Notes: generated by a model not told the origin, from the sequence alone. A DNA stretch of 64,000 bases from Eubacteriales bacterium (GCA_045636365.1 JAZTXG010000013.1:105912-169911); one strand, 5' to 3'; counted from the first letter of the stretch, positions 1-8,931 are shown. A program made the numbers and translations.

Positions 1-470
1 TTAATTATTATCTGGATATGGCAGACGCTGCAACCGAGCGCGGAACCTGCTTGCGTCGTAGATTTGGCGCCATTATTGTCCAAAATGATGAAATTGTATC
101 CACCGGATATGCAGGCGCCCCGCGAGGCAGAAAAAATTGCTGCGATCTCGGTAAGTGTATTCGCCAAGAGATGGGTGTGAAACGCGGGGAGCGGTATGAG
201 CTTTGTCGTTCGGTTCATGCAGAAGCGAACGCGATCATTTCTGCGGCGCGCCGCGATATGATTGGTGCAACTCTATATCTTGTCGGTCACGAAGTGGATA
301 GCGGAGATTATGTTGAAAATGCTGCACCTTGCTCTATGTGTAAGCGCTTGATCATCAATGCCGGCATTAAAGATGTCATCGTTCGCGACGATAAAGAGAA
401 TTTTCATACATTTTTGGTCGACGATTGGATCAACAATGATGAATCACTGGACGGAACACTTGGTTATTGA
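1..470 (+). CDS. comEB: dCMP (deoxycytidylate) deaminase, ComEB family; 5' end lies outside the window
   Basis: Has the cytidine/dCMP deaminase zinc motifs HAEANAI and PCSMCKRLI. The reading frame stays open back to base 3 (NYYLDMADAATERGTC), matching the usual W-x-x-YFM-x-x-A...RSTC N-terminal region, so the listed ATG at 18 is probably internal. Confidence 0.85.
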   Translation, partial: NYYLDMADAATERGTCLRRRFGAIIVQNDEIVSTGYAGAPRGRKNCCDLGKCIRQEMGVKRGERYELCRSVHAEANAIISAARRDMIGATLYLVGHEVDSGDYVENAAPCSMCKRLIINAGIKDVIVRDDKENFHTFLVDDWINNDESLDGTLGY

Positions 471-488
471 TTTGGTTTACATAATTTT

Positions 489-520
489 AGCCGTTGGAGA
501 AAACTCCAACGGCTTTTTAT
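489..520 (+). terminator. Rho-independent terminator after the dCMP deaminase gene
   Basis: Perfect 11-bp stem agccgttggag/ctccaacggct with loop aaaa, followed by a T-run. Confidence 0.6.
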
Positions 521-521
521 T

Positions 522-1292
522 TTAGCAATTATTTTCGGGAGGGAAGAATTCGTTGGTCGGGAAGCAAAGTTTTTCAAAGAAGGTGCAAGGCTCTTCTTCT
601 TGAGGAGCAGAGCATTCCTTTTCGGGTAAACAGAATTTTGCAGACGGGATTCGGACCTGAACATCTCGAAGGATGCGCACAACGCTGAATAAACCGAGAG
701 ATACGACCAACTTACGATTGGCCATCTCTGTCAGTCCATCGCAGAACATTCCGGAAACATAATCGGGAAGGTTCAGCGTGTCACATTCGGAGCAGCAACA
801 GTTGCAAGAAGGATTGATGATTCTTGCGTTTAAGACGATGGGGTCAACAATTTCGACTTCGGCAATCGGCATATTGGTCGAGTAGCAGCCGGGATATCGA
901 TTGTTCTCGGAAGAGAAGGTGATGGTATTACCTTCGCTTCCAAACAGAATGACCTTCTTATTATAAAAAGAAAGTCCTTCAATAATGGTGGGACGGCTGT
1001 TTCCGGTATAAACTTCAAAGTCGGTCTTGAAGAAGAAGTTCAAATCCACTCCGTAAAACCCTTTGTTGAACGGAACCTCTTCGAGATTGACATTGGTCCA
1101 GATGAGTTTGGATTTTCTTGCGCGAACATTGACCGCGTTATCAATCAATGTCTGATCGCTTGCGCTTAAGTATACCCGCATATCGGTTAAACAGTCTTTA
1201 TCTTTGCAGGTGTCATAGATCTTTCTCGCGTTGATACAAATGTCGTCGCTGTAGTTTTGAACATCACAATTACAGTTGTTTACAGTGTCCAT
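522..1292 (-). CDS. Cysteine-rich hypothetical protein (17 Cys in 256 aa); candidate spore coat or exosporium component
   Basis: Long ORF with a strong SD (AAGGAGG, 5 nt before the ATG). Cys clusters include NCNC, CKDKDC and SCNCCCSEC, plus a C-terminal Cys-Pro-Glu-rich tail. I recognise no family motif. Confidence 0.7.
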   Translation of the reverse strand: MDTVNNCNCDVQNYSDDICINARKIYDTCKDKDCLTDMRVYLSASDQTLIDNAVNVRARKSKLIWTNVNLEEVPFNKGFYGVDLNFFFKTDFEVYTGNSRPTIIEGLSFYNKKVILFGSEGNTITFSSENNRYPGCYSTNMPIAEVEIVDPIVLNARIINPSCNCCCSECDTLNLPDYVSGMFCDGLTEMANRKLVVSLGLFSVVRILRDVQVRIPSAKFCLPEKECSAPQEEEPCTFFEKLCFPTNEFFPPENNC

Positions 1293-1320
1293 AGAATCCT
1301 CCTTATTTATGATACTGATA

Positions 1321-1348
1321 TATTTTATGCTGTAGGTTTAAAATAGTG
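1321..1348 (-). promoter_or_regulatory. Sigma-K-like promoter match upstream of the Cys-rich gene
   Basis: On the minus strand: cAC, 16 nt, then CATAAAATA, compared with the B. subtilis sigma-K consensus AC-N16/17-CATAnnnTA. The predicted start site lies about 10 nt upstream of the SD. Confidence 0.3.
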
Positions 1349-1356
1349 AAAACTTA

Positions 1357-1385
1357 TTGAAATGAATAGACCTGCGTGTTATAAT
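1357..1385 (+). promoter_or_regulatory. Sigma-A-type promoter for the lipoprotein / ClpP-like operon
   Basis: TTGAAA, 17 nt, TATAAT, with a TGn extended -10 (gTGtTATAAT). Confidence 0.45.
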
Positions 1386-1421
1386 GATAAATAATGTTAG
1401 GAAAATCAAGGTAAGAATGAT

Positions 1422-2027
1422 ATGAAGCGAATAGTAGCGGTTATTATCTTAATATGTATTCTTTTTTCATTTGCGGCATGTCAAAAAGGTCAGGCGCAAA
1501 TTGATCGATTATTTGAGGGACTGAAGACCTATGATCGCTCTGTAATGAGCGAAGTGTTGACAGAATTCCCCGATAATTCGGAATATGTTTATTTAGATGA
1601 TATTTTTAATGATGAAAAGTATATAAAAGTTTACCAAGCGCTATATGAAGATATTGACTATGAAATTATAAAAATAGATCAATATTCCGCAAAGGTCAAG
1701 GTGACGATGCCCAATATTCAGAAACTTTTTACAGATGTTTCGGCATGGGTTTTATCTGCGGCATTGGAAGATGCGGAGCTGAGTAATAAATTGGCGGAGG
1801 ATGATTATAATGGTATTATTCTGATCCAAAAACTGATGTATGCTTATGCAACCAACGGAAATTATGAGGTGCAAACGCTGGAAGCCGAGTTTAATCTTCG
1901 GTTTGAAGAGGTGGGCGGAAAAAAATACATTATATGTGATGAGGAACTGCGGGCATTGATTACCGGCAATTTCTATCTTTCTAAAAATACACGCGGCGAA
2001 GCAGATGGTTTTGTTTCGGCGGAATAA
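1422..2027 (+). CDS. Putative lipoprotein of unknown function
   Basis: N-terminal signal peptide MKRIVAVIILICILFSFAAC with lipobox-like FAAC. The rest of the protein is hydrophilic and acidic. Confidence 0.7.
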   Translation: MKRIVAVIILICILFSFAACQKGQAQIDRLFEGLKTYDRSVMSEVLTEFPDNSEYVYLDDIFNDEKYIKVYQALYEDIDYEIIKIDQYSAKVKVTMPNIQKLFTDVSAWVLSAALEDAELSNKLAEDDYNGIILIQKLMYAYATNGNYEVQTLEAEFNLRFEEVGGKKYIICDEELRALITGNFYLSKNTRGEADGFVSAE

Positions 2028-2070
2028 ATTTTGATGGTTTTGTCTATGATTGATTAAAAGGAGAAAAACG

Positions 2071-2631
2071 ATGAACGAACCTTTATTTATGGCTAATAAT
2101 TCGGTGGAAAATTTGAGCGCGCGGCTTTTAAAGCAACGAACGGTCTTATTGTTTGGGGCTTTGGATGAAGAACTGTCTTCCAAAGTGGTTTCATCGCTGC
2201 TTTATCTTGCGGCGGAAGATCAAGAAAAACCAATTACGCTGATGATCAATTCGGCAGGCGGAGATGAAACAGAGGCGCTGGCGATCTTCGATATTATGCA
2301 ATCGATTTCCTGCCCGATCCATACCGTTTGCTTGGGTAAGGCTCATGGCATGGCGGCATTGTTGCTGGCAGCGGGCGAAAAAGGCGAGCGCAAGATGCAC
2401 GCCAATGGCGAGGTAATGCTGACACAGGTTACTCGCGACCGTACTTTTGGTCAGGCGTCGGACATTGAATTGGAGACAGAGCATCTTCTGAACGTGAAAG
2501 AGCGCGTGGCTGAACTTTTGGTAAAATTAACAGGAACAGCGAGGGAGAAAATCCAAGCGGATTTGGAACGCAAACACTGGTTGTTTGCCGAGCAAGCGCT
2601 GGAATATGGAATCATCGATCAAGTGATTTAA
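2071..2631 (+). CDS. ClpP-family protein with a degenerate catalytic triad (ClpR-like pseudo-protease)
   Basis: Clear ClpP-like stretches are present (RLLKQRTVLLFG, LMINSAGGDETEALAIFDIMQ, LLLAAGEKGERK, ALEYGIIDQVI). The active-site positions read GKAHGMA where ClpP has GQAASMG, VMLTQV where it has VMIHQP, and LERKHWLF where it has ERDTDRDRF. I chose the start at ATG 2071 (AAAGGAG 8 nt upstream) over the TTG at 2050. Confidence 0.8.
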   Translation: MNEPLFMANNSVENLSARLLKQRTVLLFGALDEELSSKVVSSLLYLAAEDQEKPITLMINSAGGDETEALAIFDIMQSISCPIHTVCLGKAHGMAALLLAAGEKGERKMHANGEVMLTQVTRDRTFGQASDIELETEHLLNVKERVAELLVKLTGTAREKIQADLERKHWLFAEQALEYGIIDQVI

Positions 2632-2633
2632 TA

Positions 2634-2668
2634 AAAAGAGTTGCGAATAATCGCAACTCTTTTTATTA
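2634..2668 (+). terminator. Rho-independent terminator after the ClpP-like gene
   Basis: Stem aaaagagttgcga/tcgcaactctttt with loop ataa and a T-rich tail. Confidence 0.6.
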
Positions 2669-2690
2669 TCGAAAAATCTTTTTAAAAGAC

Positions 2691-2719
2691 TCATATTGAA
2701 TATTTAGCCTTCATAGTAA
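2691..2719 (+). promoter_or_regulatory. Sigma-E-like promoter match upstream of spoIVA
   Basis: TCATATT, 14 nt, CATAGTAA, compared with the B. subtilis sigma-E consensus kmATATT-N14-CATACAmT. The geometry is sensible: SD GGAGG at 2745-2749 and ATG at 2757. Confidence 0.35.
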
Positions 2720-2756
2720 TATACAAAATAAATGTGGAAGTATGGAGGTTTCGTGA

Positions 2757-4235
2757 ATGAAAAATACAGGTATATATCGCGATATTGCGGCTCGAACCGG
2801 CGGTGATATTTACATAGGGGTTGTGGGGCCGGTTCGTACCGGGAAATCAACATTTATTAAAAAATTTATGGAGAATCTTGTGATCCCGAATATTTCCGGA
2901 GAGTATAAACGAGAAAGGGCCATCGATGAGCTTCCTCAATCGGCCTCCGGAAAAACAATAATGACCACGGAACCGAAATTTATTCCGGATGAAGCTGTCC
3001 ATATTGTTATGGATGACAATACAAAATTTAATGTTCGTATGATCGATTGCGTCGGTTATGTTGTGGATGGCGCTATGGGACAGACCGAAGACGGAGAGGC
3101 GCGTATGGTCGAAACGCCTTGGAGCGAGGAGCGCCTTGAGTTTCAGCAAGCGGCAGAAATCGGGACACGAAAAGTTATGTGTGAACATTCGACCATCGGG
3201 TTGGTCATCACAACAGACGGGAGCATTGGCGAAATTCCGCGCGCAGATTATGTCGATGCAGAATCGAGAATCATCGAAGAATTGAAGAAAATTAATAAAC
3301 CGTTTGCTGTTTTAGTCAATTCTATGTTCCCCGATAGCGATGCGGCTAAAGAATTGCGGGATCGGTTGGCGCATCAGTATGATGTTCCGGTCATGACCGT
3401 AAATTGCCTGGAGTTGGATCGGGAAAGCATTTTGGCAATCATTCAGTCGATCTTGCTTGAATTTCCGCTCAAAGAAATCTCAATTAACCTTCCGGCATGG
3501 GTAGGAGGTTTAGGAAATAATCATTGGCTCAAGCAGGAAGTTTTTGAAACGGTACTGCATAGTGCCAAAAACATTGATCGGGTTTCCTCGGTCAAAAAGA
3601 TGGTGCTGGATTTATCAAAAGAGGAAAAAATGTCACGATGTGAGATTGAAAACGTTGATTTGGGAAATGGAAGCGCCGACTTGAAGGTTGAATTTAATCA
3701 AGACCTTTATTATGAAATTTTGAGCGAGGCCGCCGGGGTTAAAATTGAAAACGACGGGGAATTGGTATCGATGATTAAAGAGTTATCGATTGCTTGCAAA
3801 GAATATAAGAAAATAAAGGATGCATTCAACGAAGCGCAGTCGAAGGGATATGGCATTGTATTTCCCGGTATGTCTGAAATGACGCTCAGCGAGCCGCAAA
3901 TATTCAAGCAAGGCGGGCGCTTTGGTGTCAAGCTTTCTGCTGAGGCTCCGTCTTATCATATTATTCAAGCCAATATATGTACAGAGATATCGCCGATTGT
4001 CGGCAGTGAAAAGCAATCGGAGGAATTAATTGAGTACCTCCTCAGAGATTTTGAAGAAGATCCTTCTAAGATCTGGGAATCGAACATCTTCGGCAAGTCG
4101 GTTCACGACCTTGTCAACGAAGGCTTGCATAATAAACTTTCAAAAATGCCGGATGAATCTCAATTTAAGCTTCAAGAAACCTTATCGAAAATTATTAATG
4201 AAGACAGTTCTGGTCTGATTTGTATAATTCTTTAA
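2757..4235 (+). CDS. spoIVA: Stage IV sporulation protein A (spore coat basement-layer ATPase)
   Basis: 492 aa with the N-terminal Walker A context DIYIGVVGPVRTGKSTFIKKFM typical of SpoIVA. Length and conserved C-terminus (SSGLICIIL) also fit. Confidence 0.95.
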   Translation: MKNTGIYRDIAARTGGDIYIGVVGPVRTGKSTFIKKFMENLVIPNISGEYKRERAIDELPQSASGKTIMTTEPKFIPDEAVHIVMDDNTKFNVRMIDCVGYVVDGAMGQTEDGEARMVETPWSEERLEFQQAAEIGTRKVMCEHSTIGLVITTDGSIGEIPRADYVDAESRIIEELKKINKPFAVLVNSMFPDSDAAKELRDRLAHQYDVPVMTVNCLELDRESILAIIQSILLEFPLKEISINLPAWVGGLGNNHWLKQEVFETVLHSAKNIDRVSSVKKMVLDLSKEEKMSRCEIENVDLGNGSADLKVEFNQDLYYEILSEAAGVKIENDGELVSMIKELSIACKEYKKIKDAFNEAQSKGYGIVFPGMSEMTLSEPQIFKQGGRFGVKLSAEAPSYHIIQANICTEISPIVGSEKQSEELIEYLLRDFEEDPSKIWESNIFGKSVHDLVNEGLHNKLSKMPDESQFKLQETLSKIINEDSSGLICIIL

Positions 4236-4249
4236 TTTAATGCTTGAAA

Positions 4250-4288
4250 AATGCTCCCAAAAGGTGTTCTTTTGGGAGCATTTGTTTT
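4250..4288 (+). terminator. Rho-independent terminator after spoIVA
   Basis: 14-bp stem aatgctcccaaaag/cttttgggagcatt followed by tgtttt. Confidence 0.6.
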
Positions 4289-4333
4289 GACTTTTTATCT
4301 TCGGTGTCGTATAATTGATTTGAGGTGTAGGAT

Positions 4334-6625
4334 GTGGCTAAAAGATTTTTGATGTGGGTGCTTTGCAGCGCATTTGTGAGTATTCTGATTCTTTCATTTA
4401 TTCCGGTTTCATATTACCTGATTATTCTTGCGTTGTTATCTCTTGCATTGATAATATTTTTAATTATAAAATGTCCTTTAAAAATAACGATTCTTTCCTG
4501 TTTGATTGCTGCTATTTGTTCTACAGGGGTATTTTATCTATCGAATAAGAACGCTGAAAGTTTGTGGAATCCGCTCTTGGACCAAACGGTTACGATTCAA
4601 GGGAAGATCGCAGATGTCGGGAGCAACTCGGCGCAAAATTTATCGCGTTATAAGGTTCGGGTCGATAGAATCGAAGAAAAGAAAGTCCCGTTTTACAGCC
4701 CATTTTATGTCTATGTCTATTGTGACAATTCTTTCTATCATCCAGGAGATCGTCTTAGCGGCCCCATTCAATTTTTTGAAACTCCAATCGAGTATGGTTA
4801 TGGAAAAGAAGAGCGTGTTTTCATTGCGGGATATCAGGCCGGAGAAGCGCTTGAAATAAAAAGCGTAGAGGGATTTGATCTTTATTCGACGATATATTCC
4901 TTCCGAAATTCGATCCAAAGCAAGATTTCTTTCGGTTCAAAGGATACCAAAGGGTTATTAAAAGCAGTTTGCTTTGGAGATAAATCGGAGATTGAATCAA
5001 ATCTATATTATTCGTTAAAGCGAACCGGACTTTCTCATGTTATGGCTGTGAGTGGGCTGCATTTATCGTTTGCCGTAGCCTTTTTCGGTTTTCTCTTTTT
5101 ATTATTTGGCATCGATTATCGCATTCGTTATATCATCGGGATTTTTATCGCGCTGTTTTTTACCTTTGCGGTTGGATTTCCCGCCTCCTGCACCAGAGCG
5201 TGCGTAATGCTGGTCATCTTTTCGATTGGCATGGCATTGAATTGGTTTTCGGACAGCTTGACCTCTCTTTCGTTGGCGATGTTCATAATCCTACTGGTTA
5301 ACCCATTTTCTGTTAGAGATATTGGCTTTTTATTGAGCATTAGTGCCACAGCCGGAATCATTACATTGCAATCACCGATTGAGAATTTCTTGTTTCCCAA
5401 AAAACTTGGAAAAGATCATCGTGTTATTGAGGTGTATCGTAAATTCACCGGCGTTATTTCTTGTTCATTGGCTGCAATGATCGCAACCCTTCCGATTACC
5501 ATTTTGGTATTTGGATCTGTAAGTGTGGTTGCTCCTATAGTGAATGCGTTGTTGATTTTTCCCTTTGAGCTTTTATTTATGCTTGGGATTTTAATGATCG
5601 TGTTTGGGTGGATTCCGTTTGTCGGAGTGGCAATAGGAACGTGTTGTGATGTACTATATTGGGTGATCAAAAAGGTTGCCACATTCTTTGGCGAATTTGA
5701 GTTTGCAAGTATCGGTTTTCTTGATTCTCGCGTTATACTGTTCTGCATTCTCTTTGCGTTTGTTTTGGACGTTTCTTTATATTTCTTTCTTCGATACCAA
5801 AAGAGAACGTTTATTTTATTATTTTCGTTGTTTTTATGCTTTGCATTTTTATTCAACGGATTGTACTCCGTTTTTCATCTGAATGAAGATTTAAAGATTG
5901 CTTTTGTGGATGTCGGGCAAGGGGATTGCACGATTCTTTCAAAAGGCGGTCGCGCTGTTGTTATCGACTACGGCGGTTCTTCGGATAAACGATATAATCT
6001 GATTTCCTATTTAAAAGAACATAATATAACAACCGTTGATCAGCTAATGTTTACTCATTTGCATAACGACCATACAAATGGTGTTTTTACATTGGCTAAA
6101 AATTCGCATATCGAGAATTTGCTGTATCCGCCGTTTGAGTCGGATTCCAAAAGTTTAACTATAATGTTTGATGAACTTGGCGGTCAAGAAATAAATGGGG
6201 ATGGGAAGATCACTGTTTTAGACGATGTTGAGGTTGAAATTTATGCTGAGGCAGCATTGACCGAAACCTCCGAGGATGAAAATGAACGGTGTATTTGCTA
6301 TAAGGTTCGATATGGTTCCACTTCCTTGCTGATTACAGGTGATCTGGATGGAAATGGCGAAATGAATCTGCTTCAGTATGACCCGAATTGTACAATTCTT
6401 AAGGTCGGGCATCATGGAAGCGAAAGTTCAACATTGTATCCATTCCTAAAAGAAGCTGCCCCTGAAATTTGTATTATTTCAGTGGGTGAAAATTCATATG
6501 GTCTTCCGGATCCTACATTATTAAATCGGTTAAAAACGGTCTGCAACAATGTGTTGCAAACCAAGGACGAGGGGACGATTAGCTTCGTCACAGACGGAAA
6601 AATATTAGAAAGGGTAAATTCATGA
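4334..6625 (+). CDS. comEC: DNA internalization competence protein ComEC/Rec2 with a C-terminal metallo-beta-lactamase domain
   Basis: 763 aa with a polytopic membrane core (GLSHVMAVSGLHLSF motif) and a C-terminal MBL fold (VDVGQGDC, HLHNDH, GHHGS). GTG start with GAGGTG 6 nt upstream. Confidence 0.9.
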   Translation: MAKRFLMWVLCSAFVSILILSFIPVSYYLIILALLSLALIIFLIIKCPLKITILSCLIAAICSTGVFYLSNKNAESLWNPLLDQTVTIQGKIADVGSNSAQNLSRYKVRVDRIEEKKVPFYSPFYVYVYCDNSFYHPGDRLSGPIQFFETPIEYGYGKEERVFIAGYQAGEALEIKSVEGFDLYSTIYSFRNSIQSKISFGSKDTKGLLKAVCFGDKSEIESNLYYSLKRTGLSHVMAVSGLHLSFAVAFFGFLFLLFGIDYRIRYIIGIFIALFFTFAVGFPASCTRACVMLVIFSIGMALNWFSDSLTSLSLAMFIILLVNPFSVRDIGFLLSISATAGIITLQSPIENFLFPKKLGKDHRVIEVYRKFTGVISCSLAAMIATLPITILVFGSVSVVAPIVNALLIFPFELLFMLGILMIVFGWIPFVGVAIGTCCDVLYWVIKKVATFFGEFEFASIGFLDSRVILFCILFAFVLDVSLYFFLRYQKRTFILLFSLFLCFAFLFNGLYSVFHLNEDLKIAFVDVGQGDCTILSKGGRAVVIDYGGSSDKRYNLISYLKEHNITTVDQLMFTHLHNDHTNGVFTLAKNSHIENLLYPPFESDSKSLTIMFDELGGQEINGDGKITVLDDVEVEIYAEAALTETSEDENERCICYKVRYGSTSLLITGDLDGNGEMNLLQYDPNCTILKVGHHGSESSTLYPFLKEAAPEICIISVGENSYGLPDPTLLNRLKTVCNNVLQTKDEGTISFVTDGKILERVNS

Positions 6626-7653
6626 AAGTTGAAGATTTGAAAAAGTTACTGAAAGATAAAAAATTGAGCGGAATTTATTATCTGAATGGTAACGAACAAT
6701 TTTTATTGGATTTATATTACGATCGTTTCAAGGAAATTGCTTCGGGAGCCCTTCCGGAACTGAATTTCATTGAAATGGACGGTCGAAAAATTGATTACGA
6801 CTTGCTTTCGGATGCATGTTCGTCCTATCCGATGATGGCAGAACAGAAGTTGGTGTCTGTCATAGATATGGATACTACAAGCTTAAAAGGTAATAACGAG
6901 AAGAAATTAATTGCCGCGTTAGATGATATTGCGCCCGGAGTTATTGTTCTCTTTTGGGATCATGCGAAAGATAATGTGAAAAGCAACGCGTTGGATTCGA
7001 TTGTCAAAAAAATGGGCGGGGAATCTGTTCGTATTGATCGACCGACCAATGAAAAACTGCAAAAATGGGTGTATGATTTGATTGTTCAAAAGGGCTGTGC
7101 GATATCAATGGGGGATTGCGCATATCTGGTAGAGCTTACCGGTGGTTCCATGCTCCGTTTGAACAATGAAATCAATAAAATTTGTTCCCATTCTAAAGGG
7201 AATGAAATTGACCGCGAATTGATCGATAAAATGGTTTCTCCTGCGGAAGATGCTTCTTGGTTTGCGATATCCAATGCGATTTCTGAGCATGATTTTGATG
7301 CTTTGATGCAGGCATTGCGGCAACTTTATGATCAAAATGTAGATGATACTGTGATCGCCGGTATGTTTTATCGGGCATATTCGGACCTCTGGCGCGGAGA
7401 AGTGGCTTTAAAAGAGGGGAAATCTTCGGCAGAACTTGCCGCTGTCTGCTCGATAAGCCCGTATTCGGCGGCGCGGATTATGCGATCTGCGACGAAATTA
7501 AAGGAAGGAGAAGCGATCGATGGTTTGAGACGATGCAGCGAATTGGATCGAAAAATCAAATCCTCCGGTTTGAACAAAAAGGATTTGATTTATTCCTTTG
7601 CAGCAAGTCTCTTGGCATTTCAAATGAAAGAGCATGAAGAAAATACCGATTGA
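6622..7653 (+). CDS. holA: DNA polymerase III delta subunit
   Basis: 343 aa. The N-terminus (IYYLNGNEQFLLD) and overall pattern are HolA-like. It overlaps the comEC stop (ATGA) and occupies the conserved position after comEC. Confidence 0.85.
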   Translation: MKVEDLKKLLKDKKLSGIYYLNGNEQFLLDLYYDRFKEIASGALPELNFIEMDGRKIDYDLLSDACSSYPMMAEQKLVSVIDMDTTSLKGNNEKKLIAALDDIAPGVIVLFWDHAKDNVKSNALDSIVKKMGGESVRIDRPTNEKLQKWVYDLIVQKGCAISMGDCAYLVELTGGSMLRLNNEINKICSHSKGNEIDRELIDKMVSPAEDASWFAISNAISEHDFDALMQALRQLYDQNVDDTVIAGMFYRAYSDLWRGEVALKEGKSSAELAAVCSISPYSAARIMRSATKLKEGEAIDGLRRCSELDRKIKSSGLNKKDLIYSFAASLLAFQMKEHEENTD

Positions 7654-8206
7654 GCAAGTGGTTATCGTTGAAGGTAAATACGATAAAATCACTTTGGAAA
7701 ACGTCATTGATGCCACAATTATTTCGTGTGATGGATTTGAATTGTTTAAAAATGATTCGCTGAAATCTTCGTTGAAAGAAATGGCCAAGGAACGAGGCGC
7801 AATCATTTTAACCGATTCCGATCGCGCAGGCGCCATCATTCGCTCTCATCTTCGTCAAATATTGCAAAACGCAGAAGTATACTGCTTATATATCCCCGCG
7901 ATTGAAGGGAAAGAAAAACGAAAAAAAGCCCCCGGGAAAGAGGGGCTTTTGGGCGTAGAAGGGATGAACGCAGAAGTATTGGCGGAACTTTTCCGAGGTT
8001 TTGAGGCAAAACCCATACCAAACATCATAAAGCCGTTGGATCTTTATGAATGCGGTTTTTCGGGGCATGAAGGGGCAAAAAATAAAAAGGAAAAGTTGCT
8101 CGATTATTTAAAATTGCCGCGCCACCTATCCAATAATGCGCTTTTGAGAGAATTGAATCGTCGATATACGAAAGAAGAGTTTTACTCTTTGATTGAAGTA
8201 ATATAA
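7634..8206 (+). CDS. Toprim-domain protein, RNase M5-like (DUF4093-type)
   Basis: Toprim signature VVIVEGKYDK ... AIILTDSDRAGAIIR. 190 aa, overlapping the end of holA by 20 nt. Confidence 0.6.
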   Translation: MKKIPIEQVVIVEGKYDKITLENVIDATIISCDGFELFKNDSLKSSLKEMAKERGAIILTDSDRAGAIIRSHLRQILQNAEVYCLYIPAIEGKEKRKKAPGKEGLLGVEGMNAEVLAELFRGFEAKPIPNIIKPLDLYECGFSGHEGAKNKKEKLLDYLKLPRHLSNNALLRELNRRYTKEEFYSLIEVI

Positions 8207-8236
8207 AAAACGGCTACCATTTGGTAGCCGTTTTTA
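8206..8236. terminator. Bidirectional terminator between the Toprim gene (+) and rpsR (-)
   Basis: Stem cggctacc/ggtagccg flanked by an A-run on the left and a T-run on the right. Confidence 0.6.
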
Positions 8237-8244
8237 CTTTAAAA

Positions 8245-8487
8245 TTAGTCGCTTACATAGGGAAGCAGAGCGATAACGCGAGCGCGTTTGATAGCGCCGG
8301 TCAATTGACGCTGATGCTTAGCGCAGGTGCCGGTTACGCGGCGGGGAAGAATCTTTGCACGCTCAGAGATATACTTTCTGAGCTTGGCAACATCCTTATA
8401 ATCGATTTCGGTAACTTTATCCACGCAGAAAGTGCAAACTTTGCGTCTGGGCTTTCTGTTGGGTCTGAAATTCTTTTCTCTTTCCAC
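8245..8487 (-). CDS. rpsR: 30S ribosomal protein S18
   Basis: [47 protein letters not shown] is a canonical S18 sequence. Confidence 0.95.
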   Translation of the reverse strand: MEREKNFRPNRKPRRKVCTFCVDKVTEIDYKDVAKLRKYISERAKILPRRVTGTCAKHQRQLTGAIKRARVIALLPYVSD

Positions 8488-8508
8488 AGCTAAATCCTCC
8501 TTTTCAGA

Positions 8509-8931
8509 TTAGAAGGGCAGTTCGTCATCTTGAACCTCTTCGAATTCAACAGTGTTCCCGCCGGTGACCGGGGGAGCTTTGAACTCGGGGGCGACAGGAC
8601 GCGAAGAGTCCTTTTTGGATTCTACAAAGTGTGCTTCATCGGCGATCACTTCAAAAGCGGTTCTTTTTGCTCCGGTCTTGTCTTCGTAGGTTCTGGATTG
8701 TAAAGAGCCTACCAACGCAATCAGATTACCTTTTTCAAAATATCTGCAGATGAAATCGGCAGTATTTCTCCACGCCACGCAGTTGATAAAATCTGTGGGA
8801 TAATTTCCGTCGGGCCCTTTATACTGACGCTGAACAGCAACAGAAAAAGAAACAACGGATACATCAGAAGCAGTTTTTCTCAATTCGGGGGTAGCGGTCA
8901 GGCGACCGGTTAAAATTACTTTGTTTAACAT
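8509..8931 (-). CDS. ssb: Single-stranded DNA-binding protein
   Basis: OB-fold N-terminus MLNKVILTGRLT, a Gly/Pro-rich linker and the acidic tail DDELPF. It lies between rpsF and rpsR. Confidence 0.95.
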   Translation of the reverse strand: MLNKVILTGRLTATPELRKTASDVSVVSFSVAVQRQYKGPDGNYPTDFINCVAWRNTADFICRYFEKGNLIALVGSLQSRTYEDKTGAKRTAFEVIADEAHFVESKKDSSRPVAPEFKAPPVTGGNTVEFEEVQDDELPF

